DNA from: Leucoraja ocellata
Taxonomy: Eukaryota
Direction: 5' to 3'
Length of the DNA: 64,000 nucleotides
Assembly: GCA_036785375.1 (NCBI GenBank)
Contig: JAWMAR010000020.1
Location: 5,146,001 to 5,210,000 of the forward strand
Of the stretch, positions 47,338 through 60,959 are shown in pieces. The notes under the pieces were generated by a model, which saw only the letters and a program-made list of their open reading frames with translations, was not told the origin of the DNA and did no database searches. The stretch's first letter is position 1. Each line of letters begins with the position of its first letter. Both the position numbers and the translations under genes were made by a program.

Positions 47338-49517
47338 GTAAAGGTTTATTGGCATGGTTTCTAATGAGTGTGCCACTACGTACAATGAGTTGAAGTGAGT
47401 ACGTCACCACGCGTACGTGCTAGCACATGCAGTGAGTTCTGATGAATGCATTGTCTATGTTTGCAGGAGATTTCTATTTGAAATGCATTCTACATACACT
47501 CAAAAAATCATTGATTGTATGAAGATCATTGGAGTAAATAAGTCAAATGAAGAGTAGCTGCACCCTTAATGCCCAGCTACGCACAGTCACCAGATGAGTT
47601 GGCCCCAGCCTGATTAAATTGCCCCTTTAAATCAGGACACAAGACAGCGAAAGCATTTTTCTTATATTAGGATGGCGAAGGATCTTTCTTTGGTGTGTGG
47701 CGTCTCGGCAGTGTGAACATATGGGCTGACGGATTTTACACTCTTCTTACTTGCTTCTCACATTGCAATCTGTGAGGGTGTGAGATGCTCAATTAATCCA
47801 AATGGGTTTTTTGGCTCGTGCGTTCTAGCATGGCAGCACTATCTAGGCGTCTGGGCACACCGCTTCTCTTCAAATCCTTAATAAATGGGACTGGTATTAA
47901 TCAGGAGCCAAGAACTCAGGCAACAAATGTCAAAGCAATCTCTGTAACTTACTGTAGGCCACCAATAGAGCAGGGGAACTGCCAGCTCTGATTCAACGAA
48001 GAATGGTTCAGCCACATTGCATTGACATGTGAACAATTGCTATATGTAGGATACATTTCAGCAGGTGTGAATCAGAAGGATTGTTTTACACTTTCCAGTA
48101 GGATGATGAGAAAATAAGACTTTCATTTGTATAGCAACATTCACTGCCACTGCAATTTGAGCAAGCTCCCAACATGTGACAATAACTTTTATATGTGATG
48201 TTGGCTGAGATGTAAACATTGGCCTGCCTTCAAACGACCCCTCAAGTGTTGGATTGTTCAGTAGCTAAAAGGGATTACGGGTTTAGACCATCATGACGCA
48301 GGTTAGGTTTACATTACCGATGATGTGCTGCAGTTAGTGTAGAACTCCTGCTCAGTACAAGAGGAAGCACATGCTTGGATATTTGGTGTATGTGCTTGCC
48401 TGAGGAGCCGATGATGCAAAGCAGATGAATAATATGCAGGATAATGATTAATAGGCTCCAAATCAAAATTGTTCCGAGTTTTAGCTGCCAGAGGGGGTAG
48501 CTGAGTCAGGTACTATCACAATGTTTATGAAACATTTAGACAAGTACGTGGATGCGACAGGTTTAGATGGATATGGGCCAAATGCAGGCAGGTGGGACTA
48601 GTGTAGATGAGATATGTTGGTCAGTGTGGGCAACGTTTTCATGCTGTGTGACTCCGCGACTCTTTGACCCTATGTAACCCTTGACATCCATGAAATAGGG
48701 CCATTTAGAATTTACTTTAATCTCATTTGATAGGTGACACCACTGAGAGCCCACCTTCTGTTCTGGTTTTGTGATCAACTCTCCAGAGTGGGTCTTAAAC
48801 TCAAAACCATTTGAAGACCAGAGCAAATACAGAAAATGTTCACCAGCTCAGGCATTATCTGTGGGAAGAGAATCAGAATTACCTTTCCAGATCAATGAGC
48901 CTTCATCAGAACTCAACGGAAAAGCTACATCTCACCCAGTGAGCCACATGAAGAACTTTATTAAAATATTTTTAAGAAGAATTCTCTCAGTTAGCAGTTG
49001 AGCCAGGGAGATAGATGCCCAAGGTAAGGCCTAACACTGAGCCGTGAGCTAATCTCCAGTTGTGGAGGACAAGGAAACAAAAATGATTTGGCCCCACATT
49101 TCCCCCCATGGTGTATATTGGACACAGTGAATGGTATGTAATGCATGATGGAGAACATGGTCAGGCTTCTCTCGGATGGATAGTCTACAGCTGCTCATTG
49201 AACACGAAGATACAAGCAGCTACTATCTACAGAGTCCAGCATAAACAGTCCCTTGATGAAAAATGGAAGAGGATTGTGAAAAATAATTTAACCATAATTT
49301 AATCTGGGTTCCCCCGGACTAAAAATAAGAACCATAAATTTCTTAATTTATACAGGTAACAGGCTAGCATTAGCCCTAACTGCCTATCACTCATAGTGCC
49401 CATCCAACTCTCATATTGTATACTTTCTCACAGCATAGATGGCTGCCATTTGTCCCATCAAAACTATGGAAGGTCTCGGAGTTTCCTTGTGATCACTCCC
49501 TGACACGCACACACTTA

Positions 49518-49751
49518 TGCCCCTGTCCCACTTAGGAAACCTGAACGGAAACCTCTGGAGACTTTGCGCCCCACCCAAGGTTTCCGTGCGGTTCCCGGAG
49601 GTTGCAGGTGGTTGCCGGAGGTTGCAGGTAGTGGAAGCAGGTAGGGAGACTGACAAAAACCTCCGGGAACCTCCAGGAACCGCACGGAAACCTTGGGCGT
49701 GGCGCAAAGTCTCCAGAGGTTTCCGTTCAGGTTTCCTAAGTGGGACAGGGG
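49518..49751. mobile_element. Palindromic Harbinger-like MITE with long (~70 bp) inverted arms
   Basis: CCCCTGTCCCACTTAGGAAACCTGAACGGAAACCTCTGGAGACTTTGCGCC... and its reverse complement ending GTGGGACAGGGG. TTA on the left; right TSD absent. Confidence 0.88.
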
Positions 49752-50056
49752 AACCTCTGCATGGTTCTCCTGCCACTCAACCTCATTAACAGCAATTTAC
49801 AGAAGCCAATTAACCTACCAGGTGGATCGGAGCATGTGGTGATGTCGTTCCTTTGGCTGATTCCAGTGCTTGTGGTGTAGTTCCTCACAGGATGCAGGGA
49901 TATCAGTGATGATGAAGAAATGTTGGTATACATCCAAGGCCAAATGGTATGTGAATCATTGATTTGGCAGAGCTCCCTTGTACCCACAGCCATGTACCCA
50001 CACCCACAAACAGGAAGTCATTATAGAGCCAATCCGTTAGGTTCTTCCTAAGCAAT

Positions 50057-50680
50057 GTTTAGTTTAGCTTAGAGATACACGTGGAAAGGCGACCAGCGAT
50101 CACCCGGACACTAGTTCTATCCTACACACACTAGGGATAATTTACAGGAGCCAATTAACCTGCAAACCTGCACATCTTTGGAATATGGGAGGAAGCCGGA
50201 GCATCCGGAGAAAACCCACACATGTCATGGGGAAGACATAAAAACTCTGTATAGGCAGTACCCATAGTCAGGATCGAACCTGGGTCTCTGGCACTGTGAG
50301 GCAGCAACTCTACTGCTGCGCCACAATGCCACCAGTGCTTGTCTGTGGCTAGTAGTTCTGTGGGTGATGCTCTCATAGTTGGTCAGCATATGGGAGGAAA
50401 CCAGAGCACCCGGAGAAAACCCACGTGGTTGCAGGGATAACTTACAAACTCCATACAGGCAACACTAGTAGTCAGGATCGAATCCGGATCTCTGGCGCTA
50501 TAAGACAGGAACTCTACTGCTTTACCACTGTGCCACCCCCAACCTGCATGTCTTTGGAGTGTGGGAGGAACCGACAAGTGTACAAACTCTGTACAGCCAG
50601 CACCCACAGGATAGGTCAGGATAAAACCCGGGTCTCTGGTGCTGTAAGGCAGTAACTCAGCCACTGCGCCACTGTGCCGT
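50057..50680 (-). mobile_element. Cluster of three same-orientation tRNA-SINE copies/fragments
   Basis: Three SINE heads (GTCAGGATCGAACC-like B boxes near 50270, 50475, 50620), each followed by A-box-like sequence. Confidence 0.8.
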
Positions 50681-52639
50681 GGTGATCACAAAATAACTGC
50701 CAAAGAGATGCAAGAACATTCCGTTTTCGAGAGCCTGATCTCAGTAAAACCATCAGTTGAGAAACAATAATGTTTCTGTTATGCTTTGTGTAAGATTGAA
50801 AACAGCAAACATTCAATGAATTTCTCATTACCTTGTTGAGATTGTGAGTGTGAGAGGAGGTACCTGGAACATGCTGCCAAAGAAGATGGAAGAAGCAGAT
50901 GCAATAGCATCAGAACTGAAACATGAGACAGACGCGTGAACAGGCAGGAAGAAGAGGGATATGGACCATGTGCAGGGAGGTGGCACAAGTTTGAGCTGAC
51001 ATTATGGTTGGCAGAGGCCTGCAGGGCAGAAGAGCCTGTTCTTGCACTATGCTCAATGTTCTATGTCCAATTATACTATACCTACAAGTAAAATTACTCA
51101 CATTAGAACAGGCATTAAATTCGTCCTGAAGATTTTTTAATATCTGTGGTCCAATGCCACGCTATGTACATTGACTAAGTAAGTTTTTACATCTCTTGGT
51201 AAGACTCATCTCAAATACTTTCCCATGCTTGTGTTTCTCCTCAGATTTATTTTCTTGTCACCTTTTGTCTTGTTTGTGGTGTATATCCCTGACTGATGAA
51301 GGAATGCATAACCTTAATGCAACTGCTACATGATTAGGCTGACAGTTGTCGCTGTTCTCTCTGTTTAAGACATGATCAGACCACGTCTCTTTCAAACAGA
51401 CCAGCTGGGTTGAGAAACCTACAGCCTGATAAAGAATGGCCTTTCTTTAATTACTGAGACTGGGAAGTAACAGATAATATCCCAAGAAGTGTTAACAAGA
51501 ACCATTTTCTCCGCACCTCCCACAGAAGTGTAAACACACGGGAGCAGAGAAGCAGAGATTAGGAAGGGGGGTTAAAAGTATCAGCAGATGTGGGGTTTTA
51601 GAAAGATCTTAAAGGCCGGAGATACAGAAAACAAAGTGATTCAGGATTGAAGATTCAGAGGGCAAAGCCACATGGTAAAAGTAGGAGGGAAGCAGAGTAT
51701 TAAGAGGGCTATGGAGACAAGTTAAAATTATACTCAATATTAAGAGTGGGGGATCTGTTTTGAAATTCTCATGTCTGCTATGTTAATGAAGCGATTTATC
51801 AATTATTATTTTAAACTTAGTGTTCCCTTTGGCAAGAACATCAGTGAGGGGTTTGCAATTAATGATCGGTGGTGAGGGGTTGAATATGCATCAATAGTGA
51901 GGGGCTTGCTATAAATTATCAGTGAGGGCCACAACTGTAGCCCAAATAATGATCCAGATAATCTTTCTGACCTAGTGTGAACTGATTATGTGCTTCCTGA
52001 ATGAACTGAAATCAAGTTACAGTGTATCTGGTCTCTTATCTGTTTTTTTAAATCTTGGTACAGATGCAGTGAGTGCTTTGCTAAAGCTGCATCTAAATGA
52101 GATGTAAATGGCGCTGATGCCTGACAGAGCGCGTGTCTCCTGGCAAGCCAGGGTGCTCCAGAGGGAGCACCAGCTTGGAGCGGCAAGTGGCAGCAACGGC
52201 TATTTCCTATGCCGTTTTATTCCTTTCTTATTTTCTGCATGTTCTGTGCGTTTACATTTCTGTCTCTTCTAGTCTTGCCTGCCATCGCGGCTCAATGTCA
52301 ACAAACATGTATTGGGTCACATCACAGTGCTCCCCTCCATAGGGCGTTCATTGGAGCGTGAAGCATTACTGCTGAGGCACGCATGCCATATATCTGTGCC
52401 ATCCATCTGAGAATGAAACATGGTACAGAAGCAAAGGCACTGTGCATGCTGGAAATCCTGAGGTGCAGAAAACAACAGCAATACTCAGCACAGCTGACAG
52501 CATCTATGGAGGGAGAAATGGAGTTAATATTTCATATCAATGCCCTTCAATCGGAACAGAAAACTGTTAGCTCAGACAAGTATACAAGTACAGGTCAGCG
52601 GCAGGATATTCTGTATCGAAGATACTTAATTGGAACATT

Positions 52640-53170
52640 GAACATAGAATAGTTCAGTGTAAGTACAGGCCCTTCGGCCCATCATTGTCCATGCAGATCA
52701 TGATGCCAAATTAAACTAATTCCCTCTTATCCCTCCATTCCTTGCATATCCATGTGCCCATCTAAAAGCCTCTTCAACATCACTATCATAGCTGCTTCCA
52801 CCACCTGACAGCATGTTCCAGGCACCTACTACTATCTGTGTAAAACATGTAAGCTTTGCCCCTATCATCTTAAAGCCATGTCCTATAGTTTTTGACATTT
52901 CCACCCTGGGATAAGGTTCTGACTGCCTGTAATAATTTTATAAACTTTGATCAGGTCTCCTCTCAGCTGCAGATGCTTCAGAGAAACAATCCAAAGCAGT
53001 CAAAACTTTCCTGTTGAAATTCACTCTTACAACCAATAGCTGATATTCACTCATAAAGACAATATTCTGATAATCACCTTCTGCTCTCATGCCAAAGCCT
53101 TCACATCCTTCCTGTAATGAGATGACCAGAACCACACACAGTGTTTCAAATGCAGCCTAACCAAAGTGTT
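52640..53170 (-). mobile_element. Old CR1 3' fragment
   Basis: Minus-strand GHGFK, VGAWNML and 3'UTR with GGGCCGAAGGGCCTGT. Confidence 0.7.
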
Positions 53171-53348
53171 ATAATTCCTGACACCTCAAGGCCTTTCTGC
53201 TATATTGAAAACATCAGAACTTGTGTGGATGAGGTCAGCTCCAGCAACACCCACGAACCCTGATGCCAAGCAGCCTGCTTGTGTCCCGATCCACCATCGA
53301 ACATTTAATTCCCTACACCACCAGCGCAACCTAGCTGGAAGGTGCATC

Positions 53349-54210
53349 GGTAGGCGGCGCGACTCTCGTCAGCAGCGGCCTCTGCAGCCCGTCCGCGTTT
53401 TTATTATTTTTTGTTTATGTTTCTATGTAGTTTTTGTTATTTTTTGTTGGGGTGTGTGTGTGGGGGGGTGGGGGTGGGGTGGGAGGGAGGGGGTAACTTT
53501 TAAATCTCTCCCTGCACGGGAGACCCGACCTTTCTTGTCGGGTCTCCGTTGTCGTTGGGGCTGCAACGAGGAGCGGCCTCCAACAGGAAGACCGGGGGCT
53601 CTGGTGCCGACGACTCACCTCACCGTCGCGGAGCTGGCCGAGTCCAGAGTGGGTGGAGCGGTGGTGGAGCGCTGCTGCTGCTGCGGCCCGACCTCTGGAG
53701 ATTCGGAGGCTGCATCTGCGGGTCTGGCGGACGGCGGCACTGGGAGCCCGCGGGTCCCTGGAGGGAGACCACTTTTCAGGGCTCCCGCAACGGCAACTTC
53801 TCCCGCCCGAGTTGCGGGGTTGAAGAGCTCCTGGAGCGGGGCCTTACAGCACCGCCCCGCGCGGCTTGGAATGGCCGCGGGACTCTGCGAGCGCACGCCG
53901 GGGGCTCTAACATCAAGACCCGGTGTGCGACCTTGCACCACCCGGCGTGGCTTTAATGGCCACGGGACAATCGCCATCGCCAGCCGGGGGCTTTGACTTT
54001 TACTCTGACATCGGGGGGGGGGGGGAGAGTGCAGTGGAGAGATAAGTTTTTTTGGCCTTCCATCACAGCAATGTGATGGATGTTTATGTAAATTATGTTG
54101 TGTCTTGGGTCTATTTGTTTGTAATGTATGGCTGCAGACACGGCATTTCGTTTGGACCTCAAGGGGTCCAAATGACAATTAAATTGAATCTTGAATCTTG
54201 AATCTTGAAT
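53349..54210 (+). mobile_element. GC-rich non-coding retroposon with (TTGAATC)n tail
   Basis: CpG-rich, ends ATGACAATTAAATTGAATCTTGAATCTTGAATC. CATC flanks both ends (53345-53348, 54211-54214). Related to 41143-41880. Confidence 0.75.
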
Positions 54211-54419
54211 CATCTACAAACTGCACTGCTGCTACTCCTCCAACCTACCCTGCCAACAACTCCCAAACCTAACACCTCTACTAGCAAGAAGGACAAGAGC
54301 AGAAGGTAATGAGGACACCACTAGCTGCACAGTAGGTTCTCTTTCAAATCAAGGGATTAATGAATAGACACTAGATGCTGGCTTGGGCACCAATACCTGG
54401 ATCACAAATAAATGAACAA

Positions 54420-54909
54420 TTTGATAAACAAATACAGCAGAAGTGGAGATGGTGGAGAGCTTCGAATTCCTATGCATTTCATTGTTCCATCCCGGGACAT
54501 ATGGCAATACAACACATTGATGCTACTGCCAAAAAAACACACCAATGCCTCTACTTCCATAAAAGATGAAGGAAGTTCTGCATGTCTCCAACTACTATTG
54601 CCAATTTCTCCGGATGCGCCATAAAAAGCATCCTATTGGGATGCCTGACAATTTGGCCTGTTCTGCCCAAGTCTGCATGAAATTACAGTGTTGTCGATAT
54701 AGCTGAGTCCATCAAGCAAACCAGCCATCGTCACCATCCACACTTCACACTGCCTTGGGAAAGCAGTCAATATAATAGAAAGCAGTCAATATAAAGTGTA
54801 AGACCACTTACACTTGGTCTTCCCTCTCGTCCCCTCTCGTGTCCAGCAGCAGATACACATGCTTAAGGCATGAAACACCAAATTGAAGACCAGCATCCTT
54901 TCTGCTTTT
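54420..54909 (+). mobile_element. Old Rex/Babar-like LINE fragment interrupted by L1
   Basis: AKKTHQCLYF motif, similar to 62960-63440. Resumes at 57011 (ATCAGACTATTGAA). Confidence 0.65.
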
Positions 54910-56995
54910 TTTTATTTTATTTTTTTATTTATTAGAAGTACAGTAAATTACAATAATACACATCAGATATATCTTATTACATTTGTTGTACCACTTCGTT
55001 TTTCGAGCTTTAAAAAAGATAGAAATAAAAGAAGGAAGGAAAGTGAGCAAGAATCGTGAAGGTGCAGGAAAGTGTTGGGAAAAGAAAGCCCCTTAAGGAA
55101 GAAGTTAGGGAAGGAAGTAAAGAAAGGAAATAAGACCCTAGAAAGAAAAGAAAAAAAAGGAAAAATAATCGCTCTATTGTAATACAAAACTCACAAAAAA
55201 GGATATACCAACCATGTTTTTTTTTTTAAATTTATTTTATACCCCCCGTTACCAGATCCTGGTACCATTTATATTTTAAATTACTATTGCACCTTATGCT
55301 TGTAATAGTTCCATAAATGCAGACCACGTCTTTTGGAAGTGGTCTGCTTTGCCTGCTAGGAGGAGTCTCATCTCTTCCAAGTGTAGTGTTTCGAACATGT
55401 TTGAAATCCACATTTTTATTGGTGGTATTGGAGCATTTTTCCAAAATTTGAGTATAAGCTGTTTTCCCATTATTAGCCCGTAATTAAGTAAGTTCTTTTG
55501 AAACACGTTTAATTCAGGGTTACCTTCCGATATTCCAAAAATGATCCATTCTGCTTTTGGTACAAGTTTTATTTTAAATAATTTTGTGAAGATTTCAAAT
55601 ATTTCGTTCCAGAATTTTTGGATTTTTATACAAAAAACAAAAGAGTGCGCTATGGTAGCTTCTTGTGACTGACATTTATCACAAATGGGTGAAACATTGG
55701 GGAAAAGTTTATTTATTTTAGTTTTTGAATAATATAGTCCATGTAATGTTTTAGATTGAATTAGAGTATGTCGTACGTTGATCGAGCATTTATGCACATA
55801 TCGTAAGTGTTTATCCCAGCTCTCTTTTGAAATTTTTATAACTAGTTCTTGTTCCTAGTCTCTTCTAATACCATCGGTTGTAGGTATTTCTATATTTAAA
55901 ATAATGTTGTATGAGTATGATATTAGATTTGCTGATTCAGCCTTTGTCTTCATGGCTTCATCCAATAAGTCTGGGGGCATGTTATGATAGTCTTTTGGGT
56001 ATTTTTTCAGATAGTCACGGATTTGAAGATATTTAAAATATTGACTATTTTTCAAATTATATTTCAGTTGTAATTGTTGAAATGATAATAATTTTCCTAA
56101 CTCATACAAGTCTCCGAGCATTTTGATTCCCATTCTTTCCCATTGTGTAAATGATGTATCTATAATTGAAGGTTTAAACGATGGGTTATTGACTATTGGC
56201 ATTAAAAGAGATAGATTTCTTAATTTTAGATTCTGTTTTATTTGTTTCCAAGTTCTAATTGTGCTATGTATCATTGGACTTTTATTATAATTTTTGTTAT
56301 TCAGATTCATTGGCGAGAGGAGAGTCGCTCCTGTATTACACGGAGAGCAGTCCTCTCTCTCCATTACAATCCAGTCCACCTGCTGGGCAGAGTTGTCCAG
56401 CAGGTGAATCATATTTTTAATATTTACTGCCCAATTATAGTACATAAAGTTAGGGAGCGCTAGACCACCCATCTCTTTTGGTTTACTAAGATGTGCTCTT
56501 TGTATTCTGTGGGATTTATAATCCCATATAAAATTTGTAATGTCTGAGTCTAGTTTTTTGAAAAACTTTTTTGAAAGATATATTGGAATTGATTGAAATA
56601 AATATAGGATTTGTGGTAAAAAGATCATTTTTATAGCATTTATTCAACCTATTAAAGACATCGGGAGCGTTTTCCAGAATTTGATTAGATTATTTAGTTT
56701 CTTAAGTAAGGGACTATAATTGGCGTTAAACAGCGTGATAGTTTCTAGTGATTTAAATTCCTAAATATTTAAATTTTTCTGTGGCTATTTTAAAGGGGAA
56801 TTTCAAGAGATGTGTTGAGTCTTTCGGTTTTATCGACATCATTTCACATTTGTTCCAGTTTATTCTGTATCCTGAGAAAGATCCAAAGTCCTCAATTAGA
56901 TTTAATATGTTTGGTATACTGATTTGGGGTTTTGTGATATACAGTAATACATCGTCTGCATATAAGGATATTTTGTTATTTGAATATTTTGTATT
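54910..56995 (-). mobile_element. 5'-truncated L1/Tx1-clade LINE (RT C-terminus, CCHC domain, 3'UTR, poly(A))
   Basis: Minus-strand YADD (~56950-56961), FKYLG, LPQILYLFQ, GGLALPN, CDKC..ATIAHSFVFC. Exact 15-bp TSD ATCCTTTCTGCTTTT at 54895-54909 and 56996-57010. Stop codon near 55855. Confidence 0.93.
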
Positions 56996-58450
56996 ATCCT
57001 TTCTGCTTTTATCAGACTATTGAACCAACCTCTTGTAAACTAATGAGAGTCCCAATCTCCAAATCTACCTCATTTATTGACCTGCCCGAGTTGAATTCCA
57101 AACACTGGATTGGGATGCGATCAAGCAGAGACAGACCCCCTGTATATTAGGAAGTAGCACACTTCATGCTGTGAGAGCCTACTATTGTGCGAGTGGCCCA
57201 CAGAGAGTTTGGTTTACACATATGTGACTACAAAATATAAAAGTGACAACTAAGTGTGTGCTGGAACACAGAACACAGAACATGAGAACGGTAGGAACAG
57301 GCTCTTTGACCCATCATGTCTGTACCAAACGTGATGCCAATCTAACTAATCCTATCTGCCTGCAGATGGTATAAATCACTTGCCATCTCCTACCTCACCC
57401 CTCACACTCAACTCTTTCTGCTGCCAACTTCCCTCTACAAGTCCTGATGCAGGGTCTCTCCTTGAAACAGTGACCATCCCTTTCTCTACAATTGTTGCCT
57501 GACCAGCTGAACTCCCCCAGTCACTTGATTTTGCTGCCTGCATCCCTCTGTTCCCTGTTTGTTCATGCACCTATCTAAATGCTTATTAAATATTGATATT
57601 AAACACAGTTGAAACCATTACATGTGACTGAAATCATTCCATGCCTGAGCAAATGCACAGAGGACCAGCAAGAAAGATGACGTCTCTGATTTTCAAAAAT
57701 GTTTCATTTTCATTGCAATTTGGTCATGCAGAGTACACAAACATGAAGCTGTCGGATCTAATATCCAGCCAAATTATTTTTGAAAAATGCAGATAAAATA
57801 CGAAGGGGAGGAAAGAATATAAGAGGGTGGAGGGCAGAAGGAGAAAGTGCAGAAGGCAAACAGGAATGGTGATGGGACAAGTCAATACACAAAATGTATA
57901 AAGGGATCGTGACAGAAGAAACTGTAGATGTTGGAATCTTGAGCAACACAATCCTCAGACTCCAAGTGACAAGGTTCCAACCCAAAACATTATCTATCTA
58001 CCCCCTCCACAGATGCTGGTAGATCCACTGAGTTCATCCAGCACTTTTGCTCAAGTATCAAGGGGTTATGTCAAATATTAATGAATGCTGAATTTAAGTG
58101 AAGCCTTTTTGGTGTGGTGTGGAATGATGAAGATCTATCTTACTCTGAGCTTGAATAGATCAAGGGCAGCAAGATCAATGGAAGTGAGAGAGGATAATAC
58201 CATCTGTGTTTAGACATCTGGCCTTGGGCTGAATTAATATGTTCATCACCAAAGGTTGGGTCCTCCAATGCAGTAAAGGCCACCTATTCCAGCTCTTAGT
58301 CCAGCAGAGTCTCAAATCATTCCTGGGTTCAAGTCCTTCTCTTCCTCTAACTTCTTCCCTGTGATTCATTGGGTAAATAGAGTGAAGTTACCCTTTATGG
58401 AAGGCAGTAACTTTAAACAAGACCACAAGTTTCTATCATACCATGTACCA

Positions 58451-58768
58451 GGGCAGCACAGTGGCATAGCAGTGGAGCTAGTGCCTTACAATGCCAGAGA
58501 CCCTCTACCAGGAGTTCAATCCTGACTATGGCTGGTGTCAGTACCGGTTTTGTACGTTCTCCAGTGGCTGTGTGGGTTTTCTCTGGGTGCTCCGGTTTCC
58601 TCCCACATCCCAATGACTTGCAGGTTTGTAGATTAATTGGCTTCTGTAAATTGTCCCTAGTGTGTAAGATAGAGCATGCATACGGATGATTGCTGGTCAG
58701 CACAGTCTCGATGGGCCACAGGGTCTGTTTCCACGCTGTATCTCTAAACTAAACTAAACTAAACTAAA
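58451..58768 (+). mobile_element. Full-length tRNA-derived SINE
   Basis: GGGCAGCACAGTGGCATAGCAGTGG, GAGTTCAATCC, body and (CTAAA)n tail. Confidence 0.85.
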
Positions 58769-60959
58769 TGTGATAGAAACCAGCTGTGTAAAGTACACAT
58801 CATACAAATGTATATACAGTTGTATGAAGGCCCTCTACCAGCATAGCTTAGGGTCTCAACTTTTAAAAACGCCCCACAAAACCTCTTAAATGTTTCACTT
58901 GCTTTCCTAAGTGAAACATGAAAATCCCAGAACATCTCATCAGGAGGCAGTGGTGAGCTGTTGTTGGGATTCCATCAGGATGCTGGGCATCTACATGGGG
59001 CGGGTGGCTTGATTCAATTTGCACAACACTCGGCACATCAGGTTGAGTAGCATCCTAGGATCCAAACTTGATTCATTGGTCGGAGACAGAGGGTAACATC
59101 TGAGGCCAGTGATGTATTACAGGGATCAGTGCTGGCATCATTACAGTTAGTTATTTACATTAACTGAGACTAAGATTGTGGTGGGGAAGGTGACAAGGAA
59201 AGTTGGTAGCTCTGAACGGTCTGTAAGCTCACTCCTGAGCACTGGGATAGCAGCCTAAAGTTCCGTGATCGGCTTGGGAAGCAGGTAAAGGTGACCTCAG
59301 TGCTGGAAGTGACAGATAGCATGATTGTGGTGGTCATGGGTTGTGGTGTTGGTGGAGGTGGCCAAGGGACGCCTCACAGCACCCGGGTGAGCGAGGGAAT
59401 CAAACGCAGCCTACGGTGGCTGCACATAATGGTGGTGCAATGAGCCCACGGCAGGCCGACCTCTACTTCATTGATCCAGGACAATAGACCTTAAAATGAG
59501 GATATAAGGAGTTGCATCTCTCCCTGGGCTAATATTGGACTTTTCTGAGACTTGGAAATTGCAAGTTGGCACTGGATCATTCCAACTTTCTGCATGCTGT
59601 TCCTGAAGAGGGTCTATTGAGCTCATGTGTTGTATGATTTGATAGCATGCTGAACAAGTTTTTCAACGTATCTCGGCACAAGTGACAATTTAAAAAAAAA
59701 TTGAACCATTGAAGAATCCTCAACACTTAAGTTTAAGTCGAAGACTGGAGCATCAATATACATTATGTTTCTGCTTTTAGATCTAAGGGGTCATAGGTCA
59801 CCCATTTAAGATAGTGAGGAGTTGAAATGTTTTTTCCTTTATAGGATCATGAGTGCTTCGAATTCCCTTCCCAAGCAGAGGCTATTGACTTTTTCGGACA
59901 AACACTGATAGATTCCGAATGCAGAGAAAGATGGAAGGCAACCAAACATAAGCGGGAATGTGAAATTGAGTTAACAGTCAGATCAGCCGTGATATTAGTG
60001 AAGGGGGGAGAGCGCTCGAGGGCTAAGTGACCTACTCCTGCTCCCAATCTGAATGTTTGTATGTGTGCTTGTAAAGCAGCAAGTCACCACATTTATCATG
60101 TCTTGGCAGATCTTCTAATGTATTATAAAAATAGACAAGCACAACCAACATCACTTGCTTAAAGGGTAATTTGTTAATACAATCCTCTCGAATTGCAATT
60201 GCATTTTATACAGTTTTTGTTCAATGTTGTGCATTTTAAAATTATTACTTTTTAATATAGTGGAATGCAAAAAATTACTATATGCAGGTTATTTTGGGTC
60301 ACTCCAGAAATTCGACTGCCTGCTTCAGGACGCAAATCTCCCTTGTGCCCTGACTAAAGATTGCTTCAGGGGACAGGTGATATTCCTCCTGCAGTGAACC
60401 AGGAGCCTCCGTAGAGCCAGGAAAATAATCAAAGACCCCTTCCATCCTGGACAGTCACTGTTCAACCTCCTGACCTCTGGTAGGCGGTACAGGTGCGTCA
60501 AAAGCCGGACTCAAGAACAGTTTCTTTCCCTGAACCATTAGAACTCTAAATTCCTCAACTATCCACACAACACGAGAATGCTGTCATCAATTCCACTATA
60601 AAACAGACCACTCAGTTAATATTTCCTCTTTTTTAAAATCCTTTAAAGTATTTACTAAATTTAAAGTGTAATATTCTCCCAGTGCAAAATAACGTATAGA
60701 ATGCACTGGACGTGACTTTGTCTTGTTTGGATGTTTTGGTTACACTGATCAGGAGTAGCACTCCTAATTACATTGTATTTCTAAGTACAATGACAATAAA
60801 GGCTTATTATTATATGGAATATTCAGAAAAACACGGGCATCTTTGAATCCTCTGTGGACATCCCGGCTTTTCCAGCAGAGCCTGAGGCTCGGAGGCCTGC
60901 TGGATAACTTGGTAACTTGCTCCATCCTCACAATGGTGAGGCTGCACCCTGCTGTAAAA

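Noticed and set aside
53205-54178. 263-aa and 187-aa ORFs
   Set aside because: Stop-poor GC-rich repeat; no recognisable domains; they cross element boundaries.
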